This document shows, one piece after another, positions 13,581 through 25,998 of a DNA stretch of 64,000 bases. A model generated the notes under the pieces. The model was not told where the DNA came from, made no database searches, and was given only the letters and a program-made list of their open reading frames with translations. The position numbers were made by a program, and so were the translations under genes. How positions within the stretch are numbered: position 1 is the stretch's first letter; each line of letters begins with the position of its first letter. This DNA is from Lama glama (lineage: Eukaryota). The DNA is taken from the NCBI GenBank assembly GCA_028534125.1, contig CM052817.1:46316001-46380000 (forward strand). Reading direction: 5' to 3'.

Positions 13581-15937
13581 AGAATTTTTCAGCAACACAA
13601 CTGGATTACTTAAAGGCAAGATGATATAAGTTAATGATAAACAGCCAAGGGGGTGGGGAGGAAACATTTGTTTTAAACTGTAATATGCCCCCACTTTAGA
13701 ATTATGAATCTTTGAATAGTCTCTTAGCTCTAGACATACCCTTTAATAAAAGTAATTATAGAAACTTATATAGAGTTAAGATCATTAAGTGAACAAACGT
13801 GGTTGGTATGACGTTGACAAGAACATGACCTGAATCTCAGAGTAAATTATTTCATGTTTCAAGGACTAGACATTAAACAACAGCAAGATGGTTATGTAAG
13901 TTATGGCCAATTGACTTAATATAGATGATGCAGCCAATAAAATGTTAGCAAAAACAATGGCAACACAGAAATGGTGAAACATTTAGGTTTGAAATCTAAA
14001 ATGAAATAAGAACTGCTTGGAAATCAAAAATTGTAACCAGCTAGCTGTCATATCTCATTTTCTTTAGAACAAGTAAGGCATTACAATAGGAAAACCACTG
14101 TATAATATTGCCAACAAAATAAAACATGATTTTAAGAAACTGCCTTTGCTAGCCATTGGGACTAACTCTTATCTTGGCTGAAATCAGGTTATGGAAAATC
14201 ATCTTTAGTAATGGTCCTAACTGGAATCTGGGCCCTTCAAGCTTCACAAGAGGATAAAAAGATCTTTAAATCAAATAATTCTATGGCAGAGAGAGAAATA
14301 CTGAGTAAGCACTAGAGGGGAGAGTCTAAAGGAAAATGAACAGCCTTACTGATAAATATTGTTTTTTAATCATTAAACACCCCACTCTACAAATCATGAT
14401 TATTTAAACAACATAAACCGGAGTCTCTTCCTAACTCCAAAAATGTTTTTTTTTTTAAATGCCAGCCTAGCTATAAAAATTATAAAGCCATTAGTAGTGA
14501 GATAAAAAGAAAAGATGAGGTCTCCATAAAGAGCTGTCGGTCAGCATACAAGATTTTACAAATACTAAAAGGAATCAGCAGGAGAGGAAAAATAAGGGGA
14601 ATCTGGCAAATGAATGATTTTTGCCATCACTGAGCAACGGGATAAACATGGAACGAATGCTTGGGATATCCATTCAGTTACTGAAAATGAATTCAGATAG
14701 GAGGATCTAAAGTGTAGGATCTGGGGAGGTCCCTGTTGTAGGACACCTGCAACTCTGCTTACAGTATGGCCTGAATGTGCGAAGTCTATAACCTCACCTC
14801 CAAATGGGACAGGCTGCTACCTGGCTCCGTACACTGAAAAGCCCTGTGCCAAAGACTCATGTGATGTTTATAACCCAAGAATATTTTCATTTCTAAATCT
14901 CTCGGACAGCAAGGAAAAAATGGGAAAAATTCGATCACTAAGAATGTTTTAACTCTTTGGCTGTTTAGGTAATTCAAGAAACAATAAGCTGCAACAAATA
15001 GAAGGGCTTATTTATTTCTATGACATTAAATGTATTTTCTTCCAGTTAATAAGATCTAATTTCTCTTGAGAAAATAGGAAAAAAAATAATTGCAAATTTT
15101 AAAGGAAAACCATTGAGAGGTTAATATTAAAAGATACTTCAAGATTCTGTACCTTTCAAATTTTGCCAAACATGATTTATTGAAATTCTGCTTATTAAAA
15201 AAACTCCTCCACTAAAAAAGTATTTATATGTTCAACTATTATAGGTATCTAATTAGTCAAAAATATGAAAAAATGATCAAAGTTTTTTTCCATTATTCAT
15301 TTAAGGTGCTATAACTCAGAAACTGGTAATAAATCGGTTGATTGAAAACAGTCAATATCACTGGGGAAAGAGCTTATAAAACTTAAAGACAATTTAACAC
15401 TAAGGTTCAAATTTCAAATCAGTAGGAATGATATCAGATTTTAAAAACACTCACTATGAAGAACTAGACAACTAACGTGTCACTACATATCAGAAAAAAG
15501 ATGACTGAGGATGGGGACAAGTGGGGAGGCAGACAGTGGTGACCTCTGGAAGGAATCTCTTCTCTCTGCTGGTCCTAGAAGAGAAAAGAGACACCAATAA
15601 GCATCAACACACTGTCCGAATTCCTCCCCACCCGAGACCCACCAGTCCACAGGTGTTTCTCAACCTTACAGCCAACCTCACCTTCATATATGGTATTCAA
15701 CACCAAGAGGACATCAAAAACACCACCTAATACTAACTTAACTGGTGCTGCCTTGAAAAAGTAAAAACTATCAAAAGTATTATTTTATACAGTTATAATT
15801 TGTATTAAATAGGGCCGAAACCAGCTGGGTTGAAAGTAATACTTCTTTATATTAAAAATAGCTTTCCAAAACTACTGCACTCAACTATTTTAAATTATAA
15901 AGAGGCCATTAATTTAATTTTTAAAAATCTGAATTTT

Positions 15938-15940
<3 letters not shown>

Positions 15941-15980
<40 letters not shown>
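15941..15980. repeat. (TG)20 microsatellite in MTHFD2L intron 1
   Basis: Perfect TG run read directly. Confidence 0.97.
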
Positions 15981-15984
<4 letters not shown>

Positions 15985-17149
15985 GATATGTGTGGAGCAA
16001 GTGGCTACAATGAAATGTTGGGGTTGTAACTATTGTGGCTCCCATTCAATGTACATGGAGAAGACAGGGTGTTGGGGTCGTTTATTTACATTAGCTGACA
16101 AAGTTAACCAGCTATACAATTTGAAAAAGGTTATCTGCACTCTGGAAAGAAGCCCAAAAATACCTGAAATTCAAAAAATAATTATCGAAATAAGAGTGAC
16201 TATAGTACATAATTCCTTCATTTCTGTAGAACAAATAGAATTCTACAGAATCTTTTCCTAGGTAGTAGAATTGATAGTTCCAGACCAACTGGACAATTTT
16301 TTCAGACACTGAGAGCTTCCACAACCAGAACTCTGAATCTCTGTTATTTTCTCACATATACTTGTGAAAGACAAGTAGTAGTCACTATAAACTATGTCCA
16401 AAGTAAACCCCACAGGAAATATTGTTTTTAGTATCAGTCACTCAAGACTAAGGTCCAAAATATACACAATGGGGGAGTTAATTTAAGTTAAATAAGCAGT
16501 AGCTCTGTCTTTCCACATTACTGATCATTACTTTCTTCCAGGTACAATGCTGAGCACTGGGGATACAAAAAGATGAGTAAGACATAATCTCTGTAAAGTA
16601 AAATATAAAACTGCAGTGAAAGCGCATTCCTGGAAGCCCCGAAAGTCAGAAAACAGAATCTCTTCTGGACTCACTAGCTCTGGGTCAAAGGAATGTATTT
16701 TTAGCTTCTTAGATTTTAGTAACTACAAGTATATGACGGAAGGGTGAAGTGCTCCTGGGTACCACTGTGCAGAAGAGTTAAAAACCGAACTGTTCTGTAT
16801 TTTCAACATGCCAGGCAGAAACAAGGTCCAAAGAAATGCAGTGAATGTAAAATTGATCACTTCAATCTACGATTTAAGAGATTCAGGAAGCGCCATACAG
16901 AAAAAGAGTAAGACAAGATTAATGTCTGTTGTGTGAAATCATTAAGGATTTTAGAGCTGTAAAAGGTATCAGTATAACTACCAACCAAGAAATTCAGAAA
17001 CTCAAAGACTACTAAGACAGCTGGACATCCCCGCTCCTTTGTCTACGAAACATGCCAATAACCAAAACAAAGTGTCTGAAACAAGAGACCACGTGTTTTT
17101 CTGGCACCTTTCCTTGGGGCCTCAAAAGTCTTCCTCGATCACTCGACTG

Positions 17150-18000
17150 CACCTGCTGCAAAGATGGAACGTTCTGGTGAACGCAGAGCACGTCCAAGGC
17201 GCCCGACTGGAGGCCGACGCACCTCCCCGCCGGGCCGCCAGGCCAAGTTCAGAGCCCAGGCAGGCCTCGCCCCCAGCCCCGCCGCGCCGAGCGACTGCCC
17301 CGGAGCCCCGGCCTCGCGCGCGAGGGCCTCGCCCGCGCCAGCTGCCGGCGCCCCGCCGCCCCTCCCACCGCCGGCGGCTTCGCACCCGGGAGCCCCGAGA
17401 CCCGAGGAGGTCGAGCGTCCGGGAGCGCTCGTACCTCACACCGCTGCTCCGAAAGCCCCGGAACGCGCGTCCGGCCGCTCCCGGCGCCGGCGCGGCCAAG
17501 GGGGGCACCGCGCTCCCACCCAGCGCCGGCACTTGGCCTAGGCGGCCGCGGAGCAGCCAAAAGCCGCGGGCCGACACTGTCATGGCCGCGAGTCCTCGGC
17601 TTCTGGACCGAGGCGCCACCTCCCGCCGCTCCGGTCCCGCAGCGGCAGCCAGGCTCCGCCCCCACCCGGAGCGCGTCCCAGCAGCAGCCGGGTGCCCGGG
17701 GGCTCCACGCAGGGGCGGGGTCAGGAGCCGAGCTTAGGGCCGGGGGCGGGCCCGAAGGAGCTCCGGGAGTGTCAGGGTGCGCGGCGGGACGCAGGCCCCG
17801 GGCGGGGCAGAGTACTGGCAGGTGCGTCTGGAAATTGGCGGCTTGCGGTGTGGCCCGGCGGCGACTCGGCTTCTCACCCACTGGGCACGCTAATGTTCCA
17901 GTAGCGAGGACACAGGGAAGGCGGCTAAACTAATTAGTTCAAGAGCATCCCTCTTTTCTCCCAAACCAGCGCTCCGCCCAGCAGCCTCCGAGGGTTCCTG
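17150..18000. promoter_or_regulatory. CpG island / TATA-less promoter of MTHFD2L with GC boxes
   Basis: Very GC- and CpG-rich against an AT-rich background; GGGGCGGGG-type boxes near 17712, 17741 and 17800; spans exon 1. Confidence 0.85.
17435..17583 (-). CDS. MTHFD2L: MTHFD2L coding exon 1 (mitochondrial targeting peptide)
   Basis: ATG at 17583; encodes MTVSARGFWLLRGRLGQVPALGGSAVPPLAAPAPGAAGRAFRGFRSSGV(R), matching the recalled MTHFD2L N-terminus; donor AG|GTAC, 149 nt, phase 2; lies in a CpG island. Confidence 0.95.
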
Positions 18001-19388
18001 GAATTTGATTTAAAGCAGGAAAAGTGTTTCTCACTCCCTTGTGAGACTTCGGGATACCTTGAGAGCCGGAGAAAGAAACACCAGTGTGAGTGTGTAGGAG
18101 TAAGAGGAGGACCTGGCTGAGCAGGCCTGGATCTAAGGATTTCCATAGCTCTGCCTTTTCACCTCCACTTTGGTGAGAAAAGATTGGCCAATGTCTGTCA
18201 CTTTCTAGAGTCTAGAGGCAGCGTAGGAACCTGCCTCATGCAGTGAATTTGTAGTGAGAAAACAAAACATCAGCTCCCTTTGAAAAAGTAAAAATCAGAC
18301 TGTCCGTTCATTATGCTGGGATATGCTAAAAGACAAACTGAGGCTTGTTTTTACATTTTATGAGTTTATTTGAACAAAAACCAATTTGAATCGGGCAGCA
18401 TCCAATTTACGAGATAGAAAGGAGTTCCAAGGGGCCTGTCTTTCATGAAATGAAAGACTTTATAGGCAGAAGGGAGCAGAAACTAGGAAGCTATACTAGA
18501 CAAATAAGCGGTTTGGTTACTTTCCTTTAGGGGAAAGCAAGGGTCTATTAGACATGTTACCTAATTAGTGATAATATGAAGGAAACACAAGTAGTTTCAT
18601 GCCCTTGAATTAAATACTGTTTTAAAAAATTTTTTTCTTGTAGTCCAATCTGAAGGGATAATGCAAAATATAGACAAAGGGTGCACAAAATGAAAAATGT
18701 ATAATTGAGAAAATAAAAAGTAATTTACATATTAAAAATGCAGGATTATTTGTGAATTAAGTTTCATTAAATAAAAAGTAAAAAAAAAAATCACTAGTAA
18801 TACCTAGCAGTTTCTGTAGGCTTACTCTGTGCCAGGTCCTCTTCTGTGTCCTTAACATAGATTGCCTCATTTAATCTTCACAATAGCTCTGGGAGGTAGA
18901 GTCTCTTATTGTTCCTATTTTGCATATGATAAATTTGAACTTCAAAGAAATTAAAGAACTTGCCTAAAGCTACCAGTCTAGTAAGTGATACATCCAAGGC
19001 TCAAAGAAAGGTACTTGATTCTGTAGCTGAAAAAAATGACAAACTTCTAATAATTCATGGGACAAACACATGAAAAGGAAAATCAGAAAATAATTTTGAA
19101 CTCAAGGAAAAGAGAACATATCAAAATTTGAGAAATGCAGCTAAAGCAGCATAGAGAAATTCATAGCCTTACATGCTTACTTTAGAAAAGAGTAAAGGTC
19201 TAAAATCAGTGGTCTAAGCTTCTACCTTAACAAATTAGAAAAATAAGAACTGTTGAGCTAAAGATAAGAGCTAAATTAAATGGAAAACAGAAAAATGACA
19301 GAGGAAATCAATGAAATCAAAAGCAAGTTTTTGGAAAAGATCAATATAATTGATAAACTAATTAGATTAACTAGGGGAAAAAGAGGAC

Positions 19389-20360
19389 TGCTGGGAGGCA
19401 GTGCACTATAAACTATTTACATTCCTATGTATCTTGCTGAGTGTCAAGACTCCAGACCCTGACCACTTTCTACCTGGGCCGTTTCTCAGGAGTCTTCATG
19501 CAGCCAGTAATTCTGAGAGGTAAGGTAATGTCTCCCTGTGCCAGGGAGGATGCTTGCTTACTGCTTGCCCTAAAAGTGATGGACTCCTTAAACTCGGAAT
19601 TCCTCTTCTGTGGGGCAACCCACTACGCAGGCAGGCTTCATCTGGTCCTCTACATCACTGTGGTACGTGGGACAGGGAAACTGCAACAATGACACTGATA
19701 CTCCAGCCACTTTTTTGGTCAAGTATCATTTGATCATATACGCAAGGGTTTATTTCTGAGTTCTCTATTCTATTCCATCATTCTATATGTCTGACCTATG
19801 CCAACACCTTCTCTTTGGATAACTGTGTCTCTGTAATAAGTTTTCAAATCAGAGAGTGTAAGACCTCCAACTTTGTTCTCCTTTTTCAAGATTGTTTTGG
19901 CTATTCAGGGTCTCTTGAGATTCCATATGAATTTTAGAACGGGTTTTTCTGCTTCTGCAAAAACTGACATTTGGACTTTGATGAGTATTTCATTAAATCT
20001 GTAGATTGCTTTGGGTAGCATTGGCATCTTAGCAATATTAAGTCTTCCAGTCCATGAACACAGGGTATCTTTCCATTTATTTGTATCTTCTCTGATTTCC
20101 TTCAGCAACATTTTGCAGTTTTCAGTGTAAAAGTTCTCCTTGGTTAGGTTTTTTTCTAAGTATTTTATACTTCTTGGTGCTATTGTAAATTGAAATATTT
20201 TCTTTATTTCCTTTTTGGATTTGTCATTTTTGGCTACTACTTTTGCTGTCACAAATTTCTATGTCTCTGTCCAGGGGTCTTGTATCTTTTGTAAGTCTTC
20301 ATGAAACTGTAGAGGGCTAACTGATTAGATTGTAGATAGGGCACAATTAACTCCCTCACA
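19389..20360 (+). mobile_element. MER21/MER68-like LTR split by an antisense L1 ORF2 piece (~19713-20231)
   Basis: LTR-like halves either side of an antisense L1 segment; ORF 19905-20252 reads as L1 ORF2 (...KWKDTLCSWTGRLNIAKMPMLPKAIYRFN...). Confidence 0.6.
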
Positions 20361-20531
20361 AGGACACAAATTATCAATATAGGGAATGAAAATGGAATAT
20401 CGCCACAGATGTAAAGGTATTAAAGTGTTAATAAAGTAATAATATAAAAAGTTTTAATGTAACATATGTGGCAACCTAAAAAAAACAGACAAATTTATTT
20501 AAAAACACAAATCATCAAAAATTGACCCAAA

Positions 20532-20730
20532 TTTGGCATTTGCAGATACTAACTACAATATATAAAATAGACAACAAGGCCCTACTGTATAACACCAGGA
20601 GCTATATTTAATAGCTTGTAATAACCTATAATGAAAAAGAATATGAAAAAAATATAAATATGTGTAACTGAATAACTATGCTGTACATCAGAAACTAACA
20701 CAACATTGTAACTCAACTATACCTCAGTAA
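20532..20730 (+). mobile_element. 5'-truncated younger L1 3' end with TSD
   Basis: ctactgtataacaccaggagctatatt...aaactaacacaacattgtaactcaactatacctc plus A-tail; TSD aaaaa(t/c)tgacccaaa at 20517-20531 and 20731-20745. Confidence 0.75.
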
Positions 20731-20961
20731 AAAAACTGACCCAAAAAGAGACTTAAAAATTGAATAACTCTATGAAAAATTTTTAAATGAAATTACTAAT
20801 TAATTATCTTCTGATAAAGATTCTTCAAGCTTAGTAGGCTTCACTGATGATTTCTCTCAAATATTTAAGAAAGCAATGATAACAATCTTACGTAAATCTC
20901 TCAAAAAGTAGAAGAGAAAGGAACCTTCCCAGCTCATTTTATAGAGTCACCATTGCCCTGA

Positions 20962-21232
20962 TACCAAAACATTACAAGAAAAGACACTACAGACCACTAT
21001 CCCTTAACAACATAGTAACAAAAATCTTTAAAATCAATAGCAAATTTAATAAAGCAATATATAAAAAGGGTAATATGTCATGATCAAGTGGAATTTACCA
21101 AAATATTACAAGAAAAGACACTACAGACCACTATCCCTCAACAACATAGTAACAAAAAATCTTTAAAATCAATAGCAAATTTAATAAAGCAATATATAAA
21201 AAGGGTAATATGTCATGATCAAGTGGAATTTA
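20962..21232. repeat. ~134-bp tandem duplication inside the L1 remnant
   Basis: Two near-identical copies starting at 20962 and 21096. Confidence 0.9.
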
Positions 21233-21765
21233 TCTGGTTCAACATTCAAAATTAATCAGTATAATTTACCACAGCAACAGATTGAAGAAGGAAAAAGCAG
21301 TGATGATCTCAATAGATGTAGAAAACGTATTTGATAGAATTCAACATTCATTCATGGAAAAAAATTAAAACTTGCAGAAAACTATCAACAGAGGAATATT
21401 CAGCAAGCTTATAAAGGAAGTCTATGAATAACCCCAGCTAATGATGGGTTCACTTCATGGTGAAAGTCGTCTATGATGAGAATAAGACAAGGATTTCTGT
21501 TTCCACCTTTTCTATTCTGTACTATTTGTCTGGGGCTGACTGCAAAAGGGTACAAAAGAACTTTGGTGGGTGATGAAAATTTTCTATATTTTGATTGCGG
21601 TATGGTACATGGACTGTATGTTTGTAAAAACTCACCAAATTACACGCTTAAAATGGGAACATTTTATTGTATGCAAATTATACCTCAATTAAAATTGATT
21701 AAACAAGGGGCCTAAGCATTTGTTGATTTGCCTTAGAATTAATCCATATCCCACAATAAGAAGCC

Positions 21766-21831
<66 letters not shown>

Positions 21832-21836
21832 TAGAT
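21766..21836. repeat. (GATA)n/(GACA)n compound microsatellite
   Basis: Read directly. Confidence 0.95.
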
Positions 21837-23220
21837 AATGGATAAATAGATAGACCTAGATATCATAGGTACCATAGATCTGTCTGTCTATCCATTCATC
21901 TCCCATTGATGGGCCATAATTAATTTGGTCACTAGAGGGAGCTCATATTTCATGAACCCCAAAGCTTGGCAATGATTTGAAAAGCAGTGGATGTAAAGGC
22001 ACAAAAAAGAATGATGAATATAAAAAGTTTTCATGAGCAGATCTGTAAGAAATTAGTAATAAAGTTGGTAAAACCTTTTTTGGCCGTAATAATAAAGAAA
22101 ATAAAAATGTTGCTTGTGGAAGAGACGAAGCTTCTTTCATTAGTGTATTTAAAAAGTAGACCTGATCTTGACTTTTATCTAGATGTTGTGGGCTGTTAAA
22201 ACAATAACCTTGGAATTTTTTTTCAAATAAAGCTTATATTTTTTATTACAAAAGTTATACATGTTAATTATAGAAAATCTGAAAGAGTAAATTTGAATGA
22301 AAGAAGAAAAAGAGGAAGAGAAGAATCAAAAGTACTATTGTCAACATCCTGAAGACACCTTGGTATACATTGCACCTGTCTTTATCTTTTTGATAATGAT
22401 CATCACCCATACATCCTCAGGAGCCAAGAAAATTGATTTTCTATCTTTCACTGTGACTCTAAAAGGAGACTATTTGGATTACTAAAAATGGGAGTACTGC
22501 TTTTTAAAAAAAATGCTTTATTTGAAATTCTAAGGTAATTTAATGTTACTTACTGAGTTTGTAAAAACAATGACAAAATATATGTGTTTAAAAACAAATT
22601 TGTCTCAAATATCACACTAACCATATATTTAGGTTACAATATTCTATATGTACTACCACAATTTTATGCCATTGACCATAAATAATGTCAGTTAAAATGT
22701 AAGATAGGACCTTGTTAGCCATAAACCAATCAGAAAGCATTTCTTACTATGTATGTAATATGTACATAATACATGTAATTCCATGTACAAGGTTCTGTGT
22801 TAGGTTTGGTAATCTACACATGTATCTCCCAAGCTGCCATCATAGAATGTTTACCATATATTGTTTAGTATTATATCTCTGGTAGTCTTTTTGGTCTATT
22901 TTTGTTTGTTTGCTTGTTCTACTTCTAGAATCTCATTAAGATCTTATTTATTATTGGGAAGAGAGAGCATACATTGTTCAAATCACAGGAAAGTATTCTG
23001 TGTCCTACTTAAGCCCCCATTGATTCTGAAGTTGTCAACTGCTGTTTGTAGGCCCCAGGGCTCTACCTGCATCTCCATGTTTCCTCAGAAGTTTGTTAGG
23101 TTGAAAATGTGGCCATCTCACCATAGTTTGAACTCAGAGTGGAAATTCCAGGATTTAAAAGTAATATAATTCAATATTAACTTGTGATTTAAAAAGAAAC
23201 TCTTAAGAAATCATCGATAA

Positions 23221-23302
23221 GGGGAGGGAAATAGCTCAGTGGTAGAGTGTGTGCTTAGCATGCACAAGGTCCTGGGTTCAGTTCCCAGTACCTCCATTAA
23301 AA
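23221..23302 (+). mobile_element. tRNA-derived SINE, camelid Vic-1-like
   Basis: GGGGAGGGAAATAGCTCAGTGGTAGAG...GGTCCTGGGTTCAGTTCCCAGTACCTCC with A/B boxes, A-rich tail and degenerate TSD aagaaatcat/aagaactcat. Confidence 0.85.
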
Positions 23303-23329
23303 AGAGAAAGAACTCATTAATAGACGTTT

Positions 23330-24780
23330 CCTTTCTTAACCTCAGAAAGCTATAAAATATCCACAGTAAATATTATACCTAGTGGTGAAATGTTTAAGAG
23401 GTTTATTGAGAACGAGACAAGAGAACCTGCTATGATCCTTCATTCAAGCTTATACTGAAATGTTTAACTTGTGCAGGAAGGTTAGAAAAAGATGGAACAG
23501 TCACTAGTAGCAGGTGACATAATTATCCCTGTAGAAAATGCAAAATAATTTACAGATTCATAAGGAGAAGGCTGATGGATACAAAACTAATTTACAAAAA
23601 TCAGAAAATGCAGTTTTAAAGACAACATTTACAATAGCATCCAGATGCAAAAGTCTCTAGAAGTAAATGTTATTCAAAGACCTCACTTTCTGGACCACAT
23701 CAAGGTCACAAATGTAAGATTTTCTATTTTAAAGGTGCATCAAATATCCCTACTCAAACTGATCTATAATTCAAAACACTTTCATTCAAAATCCACATAT
23801 TGACAAACTGATTTTAAGATGTATATGAAAGAACTAAGAAGAGCTAAGACATTCCTAAAGAAGAAAAATGTTGTTGGGGGACTTGCCTTTACACTTATCA
23901 AGAGTTTTTATAATGCTACAGTGGTAAAGATGGTATGGTTCTGATGTCAGATAAATATATTGATCCATGGGGGAAAAAAAAGAAAAAAAACAGAGTCCAG
24001 AAACAAACCCTTACTTTTACTTCTCTTGATTTATGACAGAGATTGGGAAATGATGGACTTTTTTTTTTAATAAATAGTACTGGGACAATTGGTTATCCAT
24101 ATGTGAAAAATAAAATTGAGTTTCTATTCATATCACAGAGAATAATCAATTCTGAGTTCTGAATACAAAAGATAAAACTATCCAATTTTTAGAAGTCAAT
24201 ACAAAAGAGTATTTTTATGACTTTGAGCATAGCTATTAAAAAGTTACATTATAAAAATCTGTTTTACAGTACCACAGATACAACTTTTTGCCATACATAT
24301 GGTGACAAATGATTCATATACAAAATACATGTTTTTTAAAAACTTTTATGAAATAGCAAATGGGATAACAGAAAAAAATTGACAAAAGAAATACAATTTC
24401 ACAGAGGATCAAATCCAAATAGTTTATATGCATATGAAAAGATATTCAGTCTCACTTGTAATAAAGGAAAAGCAAATTAAAATTACAATAAGATACTGTT
24501 ACACAGTAATTTCATTTTCCACAATTTAAGAAGTCTGACAATTCCAAGTGCTGACCAGTAGGTGGAGGAAGAGGCACTGTCATGAGTTGCCTGCAGGTGG
24601 AATTAATCAGTACAACCATTAGGAAAATAGTGTTATTTGGCGAAGTTGAAGATGTGTAAACTGTATGAGCCAGTAATTCCCCTCCTACATATATATTCTA
24701 GAGTATCTCTTACACATGTGTAGCTGGAGACCAGTACAAAAATGCTGCATTTTTCTTAATAGCAAAACGTTAAGCAACCC
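23330..24780 (+). mobile_element. Very old L1M ORF2 to 3' remnant
   Basis: atattgacaaactgattttaagatgtatatg, gggacaattggttatccatatg, catatgaaaagatattcagtctcact L1 motifs. Confidence 0.65.
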
Positions 24781-25906
24781 AAATTTAAGTCAATATAGCC
24801 CACCACTATATTGGATTAACAATTCAAAATTGGTAGAAATGATTAAGGAGAAATCACAAAAGAGATTTCACATCTAATTATCATGTGAATAAATGTTCAT
24901 TGAGTGAAACAGTTCATTTTCTTCTTATATTGCTTATCCTGATGACAATAAAAACCTAAGGAATTGATTTTTGATCTAGCATGTCTAACACTGTTCCATA
25001 GTAGTAGCTCAGTAATGCATGTTTATTATGACATTGGCAAATGATTTACAGTTTTTACTTCACTTAAAGTCAAAAGAAAAGTCACTTTAGATCTAGTTCT
25101 TCTTTTATGAAACTTTCCAATAGATAAAAGGAAAAGAGAAATGTTTGTGAGGTTACAGTAGGCACCTCTGATTTCAGACCTTGGTGGATTCAACACTATA
25201 GTATGCTTTATGCACTGCAATCTCAAGATTAATTTTTATTGCTTTCTCTCTCTTTGTCGAAGAATAAAACAAGAAGCTCATCCAAGGAGTATTTGTCAGT
25301 TTTAAAATAAGTCAATAGGGAAGTAGAATTTATTTTTCTAGTTTATTTTATTTGGGAGGGATGGGGAGTGCAGAATGTAATACGTTTGTTAAAAGAGATA
25401 GAGACTGTTGCCTTATTATTTCCTGGGGGTGGAGCTATAAAACTTTGAAGGATCCAATGCCATTTTCAGTTAATGATAATTTGAAGAATATTGTCATGAG
25501 GAAGTCTGTACATCTTTTGAAAAATTAATATGGAAATTAATATGCTTTACTATGTCTTTGCCTTTTATGCCCACTTGCATGATCACATTTAAAGTCTTAA
25601 TGGAATCTGCAGTCTATTGATAAATTAATAATTCCTATCCTACCAAGAGTATGTTAAGTTTCAAAGCTGTAATGACTAAATTACTAACAGGAAATATGAG
25701 CTCAAATTCTGTTAATTGTTCTATTAAATGGCCTTGGTTATGTCATATTCAACACATTTTTTCTGCATCAATGAACAAACCACTTAACTGAATAATTAAT
25801 ACAATTGTTGACACAGGGCCACTTTACAGATAACATCAAAAATCAGAATATCTCATTTGCTTTCATTGAAGAAGATAACATTGAATTGAGTCTGTAAAGA
25901 TGAATA

Positions 25907-25998
25907 TACATACATAAGTATAACTGAATCACTTTGCTGCACACCTGAAACTAACACAGTTTCTATACTTCAATTAACTATACTTAAATTAAAAAAAA
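25907..25998 (+). mobile_element. Short L1 3'-end insertion with TSD
   Basis: gtataactgaatcactttgctgcacacctgaaactaacaca plus A-tail, flanked by aaagatgaata repeats. Confidence 0.7.

Larger units (their letters stand above)
19040..21700 (+). mobile_element. Old L1 ORF2/3' remnant carrying nested insertions
   Basis: L1 ORF2-like tracts (gcagctaaagcag, aaaagatcaatataattgataaac, tctcaatagatgtagaaaac) and an L1M 3' end (tgtatgcaaattatacctcaat). Confidence 0.7.

Noticed and set aside
15830..16261. 143-aa ORF with CVCVCV run
   Set aside because: Produced by the (TG)20 microsatellite in an intron.
17584..17619. In-frame upstream GTG that would add 12 aa to MTHFD2L
   Set aside because: ATG 17583 matches the known N-terminus; nothing supports non-AUG initiation.
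17039..17904. Long Pro/Arg/Gly-rich ORFs on both strands (232, 210, 125 aa)
   Set aside because: Stop-poor CpG-island sequence; only the MTHFD2L exon 1 frame is supported by homology and splicing.
19905..20252. 115-aa ORF
   Set aside because: Fragment of L1 ORF2, not a host gene.
23221..23296. tRNA-like sequence (also at ~63590-63666)
   Set aside because: A-rich tail, TSD-like flanks and a poor acceptor stem indicate SINEs, not tRNA genes.
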